From Waddliaceae bacterium (GTDB lineage: Bacteria > Chlamydiota > Chlamydiia > Chlamydiales > SLFE01), in contig CAWAPJ010000012.1 of assembly GCA_963783885.1 (NCBI GenBank), forward strand, positions 1-64,000: a stretch of 64,000 bases of DNA. Reading direction: 5' to 3'. A program made the position numbers and the translations under genes. Within the stretch, counting starts at the first letter, position 1. Each line of letters begins with the position of its first letter. Shown here piece by piece: positions 58,982-64,000 of this stretch. The notes beneath the pieces were generated by a model, which worked only from the letters and a program-made list of their open reading frames with translations, ran no database searches and was not told the DNA's origin.

Positions 58982-60897
58982 TTAAATTTCAATATCATCG
59001 GGAGATATTCTTCCCTGTCTGCCTTTGATTCTTTTCTTTAACTCCTCTTGCATCTTTCCACGAATATCCGTTTTGCTAGCTGACTCTGCTTGAGTGAATT
59101 CCTTTTGTTCTTTTCCTTCAAGACGATCCAATTCCCTTTGCAAACCAGGAAGTTTTTTCTGTAAACCTTTCAACTCTTTCTCATGACTTTCTTTTTGTTC
59201 ATTATTTTCATCAATTTTTTGTTTGATGTCTTTTAATTTTTGCTTCACATTTTCTTGTTGCTGATAGATTTCTTCAATTGAAAATTTCCCTTCTTGTTTT
59301 AGCTGTTCATTTGCCTGTAAAATTTTCGCCTCATGATCATTTTTTGTAATTTGATATTCTTTTACCTTCTTTTCCTGTTCTTCAATTTCTTTTTTTATAG
59401 ATGGTATAAGTTGATCTGTAATATATTTACTATCAACAACTTTTTCTCCATCATGAGTCCTGATTATGGCGTTTCCGCCTTCTGCATTCTGCAAGGCTTC
59501 ATTCAATACTTGAATCTTTTTCTGATTAATAGAGAGATGTTCTTCAGTTTGTTTTATAAGTGCGTCAGATTTTTCAGCATGGGCTTTCGATTCAATAGCT
59601 GAACTCAGGGTTTTATCTTCTTTGATTTTTCTTTCAATTACCTTAAGTTGATTTTCTAACTCTTTTCTTTGATTATTGAGCATTTTACCTGTATCTTTAA
59701 ATTGTGTTTGTATTTCTCTAAATCCGCTAATTTGTTTATTCATTTCTGCTATTTCTTCACGCTTTTCTTCTCGTTTTTTGGCTTTCAACTCTTGGGCTTT
59801 TTTCGCTTTTTCTTCAGGGGAAAGCATTAGGGGAGGCGGAGGAGGAGCTCCTGGCGGGGGTGGAGGAGGGCCTTCTGAAACAGGGGGGAGATCGGCATCT
59901 GTTACCTCTTCCAATTCATAACCTCCTACAGTCGGAATTTCCTGTTCTTCTGAAAATTCTCTTCTTTCCGGCTCTTTTTCCTGAATTTTTTCCTTGCCTT
60001 TGTCTTTTACCGGAGAAGGCTGCTGCCGGTGTCCGGCCATTGTCCCAGAAAAACGTGTCCGTTTTGCAAAGCCTTCCAACAGTCATCAGCTGCGCGCATC
60101 CATTCCTCTTGAATTTCTTGATTAAAATCCTTATCTGCTTTTGAAAGTTCTTTCTGAGCCTGATAATACTGTCCTCTTGTTTCTAGCAGCTTAAATTGAC
60201 TTAACCGGATATCTACTTTCACTGAATATTCGCTAATACGGTCTGTAAGCTTTTTCAATTCATCAATAACACCAGGTATGAACAATTTAGCCTGCCTTCT
60301 TTTTTCTCTAATTATTTTTTCCTGCTCCTTTTTCCCTTTTTCAAAATCTTCTTCCGTTATGAAAACATCTTGAAGCTTGATCTCTCCATCTAAAATCTTG
60401 TTATAATATTCTCGACACCATTTTTCCCCTTCAAACTCAGAAACGATCTTTTTTTTCATATTGTTTAAAGGATGTCCCTTTTGGGTCAGCTTCTGATATC
60501 GTTCACTCTGCTTTTTGATTTTTTCAAGAAGGTTTTTGATATCTTCTTCCCCATAGAGATCTTCCACTTTAGAACCTATCTTCTCCGTCAATGTCGATGG
60601 ATCGTCAAAATGTAAAAACTTTTCTAATTTATCCAGCTCGTTTTCAATTTCTTCTTTGGCCGCAAGCAAGTTTTGCAGATCTTGTATCGCAGTTTCTTTA
60701 TATAAACTCCTTTTAGCCCTCTCAATGGCCCCTCCCCAGCCTTTGGCGTGGGGAATAAATGCATGCTCAGAAAAATAGATTTTTACGCCCTTTTTACACT
60801 TTTTGAGAGATTTGATGGTTTTTCCGAGATGCTTGACCTCTTTTTTCAGCTCTTCCATTGGAATTTTTGGACTTGCCTGTTTTTCAATTGGTTCCAT
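58982..60897 (-). CDS. Coiled-coil, polyproline protein split by a frameshift (60007-60079)
   Basis: Two overlapping K/E-rich ORFs (296 and 365 aa); PPPPPPGAPPPPP followed by a long coiled coil. Confidence 0.6.
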
Positions 60898-61059
60898 AAT
60901 TAAACCTTTTATTATTTATATATTAATATATATATTATATATATTTTATTAATTATTAATCAAATTTTTGTTAATATATTGTTAATTAAGTATAATTATT
61001 TTTAATCCGTAAATAAACCGCCTATAGACAGAAGAAATTAAAGGAGATATAGTCGGGCT

Positions 61060-61512
61060 ATGATTTGGATGAAGCTGTTTATCGCGATTCTTTTGCTTTT
61101 GATCCTGTTGGCTGCCTGGGCAGTCTATACCAATTTTACCCCGCCTCTTCTCGGGGTCTCAGACGGAAAACTTGCCCCCTGCCCCTCCAGTCCAAATTGC
61201 GTCAGCTCTCAAAGTACAGTAAAATCCCATTATATTGACCCTCTGACACTTAAATCAGGAAGCCTGAAACCAATCGAACAGATCATAGCTCGCGATCCGC
61301 ATGCCAAAATTGTCCGAAAAACCAAGGATTATTTAAGGGCTGAATATAAAACCCCGCTAGGATTTAGAGATGACGTAGAATTTTACGTCAATCGAGAGAA
61401 AAATGTCATTGATGTCCGGTCCTCGTCGAGAGTGGGCTACAGCGATCTGGGAGTCAACCGCAGGCGTATTGAAAAAATCAGGGAGCAGCTAGCCAATGAA
61501 GCTTTACCATGA
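61060..61512 (+). CDS. DUF1499-like protein
   Basis: LAPCPSSPNCVSSQ and RSSSRVGYSDLGVNRRR. Confidence 0.9.
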   Translation: MIWMKLFIAILLLLILLAAWAVYTNFTPPLLGVSDGKLAPCPSSPNCVSSQSTVKSHYIDPLTLKSGSLKPIEQIIARDPHAKIVRKTKDYLRAEYKTPLGFRDDVEFYVNREKNVIDVRSSSRVGYSDLGVNRRRIEKIREQLANEALP

Positions 61513-62076
61513 AGTTCAAGGGGAGGGAGAGCCTCTTGTCCTTATAGCAGGGCTGACTGCCGACCATATAACCTGGCTGCGGGTAATAAATGCGCTTACA
61601 GAGAAATTTCAGGTGATCGTCTTTGACAATGCGGAAGGACAAAGCCCCATTCCCTCAAAACCGCACTCTATAAGTTGATGGAAGACGATGTTCCAAGAGT
61701 CAGAATCATGGAAGCGTTTCTTCCCTGATGCTTTTCCAATCAGTTTCTTGCCGTCGAAGAAAATGTCGACCTCATACTTGAACTCTTTAAAGCAAATCCT
61801 CATCCACAGACGAGCCAAGGCTTCAACACGCAATTTCATGCTGTATTGGAGGCGGATATTGAAAAAATATTAAAGGATATATGTCAAGAAACCCTGATCA
61901 TTGCGGGAGAAGCTGATCTTTTGGCTAACCTCAAAGATGCTCACAGACTTGCAGACGGCATTAAAGGATCCAAACTCGTCGCGATTCCCAAATGCGGCCA
62001 TATCCCGCACATCGAAAAACCCGATCTTTTTTGCAGCCTGATTCTCAATTTCTTACGGGGGATGCACGAATGGTGA
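61496..62076 (+). pseudogene. Alpha/beta hydrolase remnant (internal deletion plus frame break)
   Basis: The N-terminal GEGEPLVLIAG...FDN and C-terminal GEAD...GHIPHIEKP lie in different frames, and the nucleophile region is absent. Confidence 0.7.
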
Positions 62077-62302
62077 ATCGGGCCCGGAATAACTAGACTT
62101 TATCTTATAATAAATCCCTGGAGCCAAGAAAAAGAGGCTGATGATCGCCAGTATCAGCACGATCCAAAAAATCAGGACAATCGTCGAAAACTTGATCTTC
62201 ATATTTCTCTTGTAGCCTAATTAGCCACATAAAAGCAATGGCATGATTTATGCTTTGTCCTTCCGCATGGCTGCTCGGCCATAACAATCTAAGGAGGTTA
62301 TA

Positions 62303-62848
62303 ATGACTAAGCTATTTAAGATCATAGGCTTAGGATTCGGAGCCATGCTCATTGCCACGTTCCCACTAGTGGGGGCAATGAATTCTGAAAGCATGGACCA
62401 AGCAAATCAGACAATGGATCAAGCAAACAAAAAAGATATTGTCGATATGGCTGCGTCGCAAGATAATTTTGCGACTTTCGTCATGCTCCTCAATAAAACA
62501 GGGCTTAGCGGAGTTCTCAAAGGAGAAGGGCCGTTTACAATTTTCGTACCTACCGACAAAGCTTTTGAAGCTCTTGGGCACCCTAAGCTGGAATCACTGC
62601 TTCTGCCGAGCAATTCAGAAGAGCTCAAGTCTATTCTCATGTTTCTTATCGTTCCCAAAAAGCTCACAAGCTCTGATATCAAAGGGGACATGACTGTCCA
62701 AACCTTAAATGGCAAAGATCTTAAAATCACTTCTGAAGACGGAAAAATCATGGTCGATGATGCTGCTGTTGTCGGTTCCGATCTAGATGCCAGCAACGGC
62801 GTGATCCACGTAATTGATAAAGTAATCATGCCTCCAAAATCGAATTGA
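62303..62848 (+). CDS. Secreted fasciclin (FAS1) domain protein
   Basis: Signal peptide, GPFTIFVPTDKAF and ASNGVIHVIDKV. Confidence 0.93.
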   Translation: MTKLFKIIGLGFGAMLIATFPLVGAMNSESMDQANQTMDQANKKDIVDMAASQDNFATFVMLLNKTGLSGVLKGEGPFTIFVPTDKAFEALGHPKLESLLLPSNSEELKSILMFLIVPKKLTSSDIKGDMTVQTLNGKDLKITSEDGKIMVDDAAVVGSDLDASNGVIHVIDKVIMPPKSN

Positions 62849-62860
62849 TAGGCACTTCTT

Positions 62861-62894
62861 GCCGGGGTTTGCTTCAAGCCCCGGCTTTTTTTTT
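62861..62894 (+). terminator. Intrinsic terminator
   Basis: GCCGGGG...CCCCGGC followed by a T9 tract. Confidence 0.85.
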
Positions 62895-62929
62895 GACAAG
62901 ATGTCGCCAGAAGGGGAAAATAACAGGTG

Positions 62930-64000
62930 ATGGGATTGTTACTTAAGATCATCTTTATCGCATCAATTCCGCTGTATCTTATGGCTGATCAGGATATTAT
63001 TGACTATATTGAAAAGACGTGGACATTGCTGGAAAGATCATGCGATCAAGGTGCTCTTTGCACTCCCGATCCCAAACTGATCAGCGATAACCATCCTGTC
63101 ATTTACATCGCACAAGATGAAGATCCCGAAAGGATCCATCTGAGGGCCGAGGTTAAAATCCTTCCAGACACCGTTGAAGACATCGAACATCACGGCCTCC
63201 TTTTTGTTCCGAAGCCTTACATCACTCCGGGAGGCCGGTTCAATGAAATGTATGGCTGGGACAGCTATTTTATTGTCCTGGGTCTAAAAGCCTCGGGGAG
63301 GTTGGATATGGCCCGGAATATGGTCGACAACCACCTGTATGAAGTGCAGCATTACGGCCACGTGCTCAACAGCAACCGCACTTATCACCTGACCCGCTCC
63401 CAGCCGCCCGTACTTTCGCTAATGGTTTTGGAAGTCTATGGAAACGACATTGCTAAATTGACAGAAGCCTACCCTCTTCTGGTCAAATATTACAGCTTTT
63501 GGAACCAACCTCCACGGCTTGTCAAAAATTATGGGTTGTCTCGGTACTACGATCACGGGCAAGGTCCGGCTGTCGAAGTTCTTTCCTCGGAAATCGACCA
63601 TCTCGGTTTCAATCATTTTGACCGCGTTGAATCCTTGGTCTTGAAAAAAGTTCTTCACGTGTCGGACAAATATTACGACCCCAAAACCAAAACCTGGAAA
63701 GAGAGCTATTATCTCGACGACAAAGCCATGAGGGAATCGGGTTTCGACGTCTCCTGCTGCTTCGGCCCTTACGGCATCGAAACCACCCGGCACATTCCGG
63801 TTTGCCTCAATACTCTGCTCTTCATGATGGAGCAAGATCTTGCCGTTATCGCCAATAAACTCGGGATCAAGCACGATTGGGACAAGCTGGCCCAAGCCAG
63901 AAAAACACGGATCAACCGCCTCCTTTGGAGCGAGGAGAGAGGCCTTTACTTCCCCTACAACTTCAAACGGAAAACCCACTATGCCTACCCCTTTCTCGCT
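62930..64000 (+). CDS. Trehalase (GH37), exported; runs off the window and is absent from the ORF track
   Basis: Hand translation gives MGLLLKIIFIASIPLYLMA..., PGGRFNEMYGWDSYF, NSNRTYHLTRSQPP, RESGFD and PVCLNTLL. Confidence 0.9.
   Translation, partial: MGLLLKIIFIASIPLYLMADQDIIDYIEKTWTLLERSCDQGALCTPDPKLISDNHPVIYIAQDEDPERIHLRAEVKILPDTVEDIEHHGLLFVPKPYITPGGRFNEMYGWDSYFIVLGLKASGRLDMARNMVDNHLYEVQHYGHVLNSNRTYHLTRSQPPVLSLMVLEVYGNDIAKLTEAYPLLVKYYSFWNQPPRLVKNYGLSRYYDHGQGPAVEVLSSEIDHLGFNHFDRVESLVLKKVLHVSDKYYDPKTKTWKESYYLDDKAMRESGFDVSCCFGPYGIETTRHIPVCLNTLLFMMEQDLAVIANKLGIKHDWDKLAQARKTRINRLLWSEERGLYFPYNFKRKTHYAYPFLA

Noticed and set aside
60898-61020. AT-rich tract as a replication origin
   Set aside because: No clustered DnaA boxes or replication genes are nearby; a divergent promoter region is the simpler reading.
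63419-63979. 186-aa minus-strand ORF
   Set aside because: It is an antisense shadow of the trehalase gene.

Overview
This 64 kb window looks like chromosomal DNA from an environmental member of the Chlamydiota. The basis is gene content and order: a V-type ATPase operon near transaldolase, and tandem CNNM/CBS genes beside NifS, PP2C and a CAAX protease. Housekeeping genes (tRNA-Leu, SRP RNA, fumC, tal, rimO, rlmB, DAHP synthase, folE/queD, cfa) are mixed with lower-GC accessory segments. These carry candidate host-directed proteins: a SopB/IpgD-like CX5R phosphatase, a putative cysteine-catalytic protein and a polyproline coiled-coil protein. A CPPED1-like phosphatase, a divergent NTT-like transporter, an exported Ni-SOD and an exported trehalase are also present. 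The most unusual structure is a complete IS5/IS903-group element (22566-24129, perfect 9-bp target duplication). It carries a divergent GxxExxY nuclease-fold passenger gene and ~59-bp inverted arms containing ~9-nt-period CACnGAG units. A decayed second copy (to 50037) and a 61-bp miniature (21722-21782) also occur. A nested mobile-element cluster at 46.8-50 kb contains an IS3-like element with a 15-bp target duplication, a 159-bp palindromic MITE and an IS982-like fragment. Several frameshifts, including one in V-ATPase subunit A, may be assembly errors. All calls come from reading motifs by eye; no searches were run.
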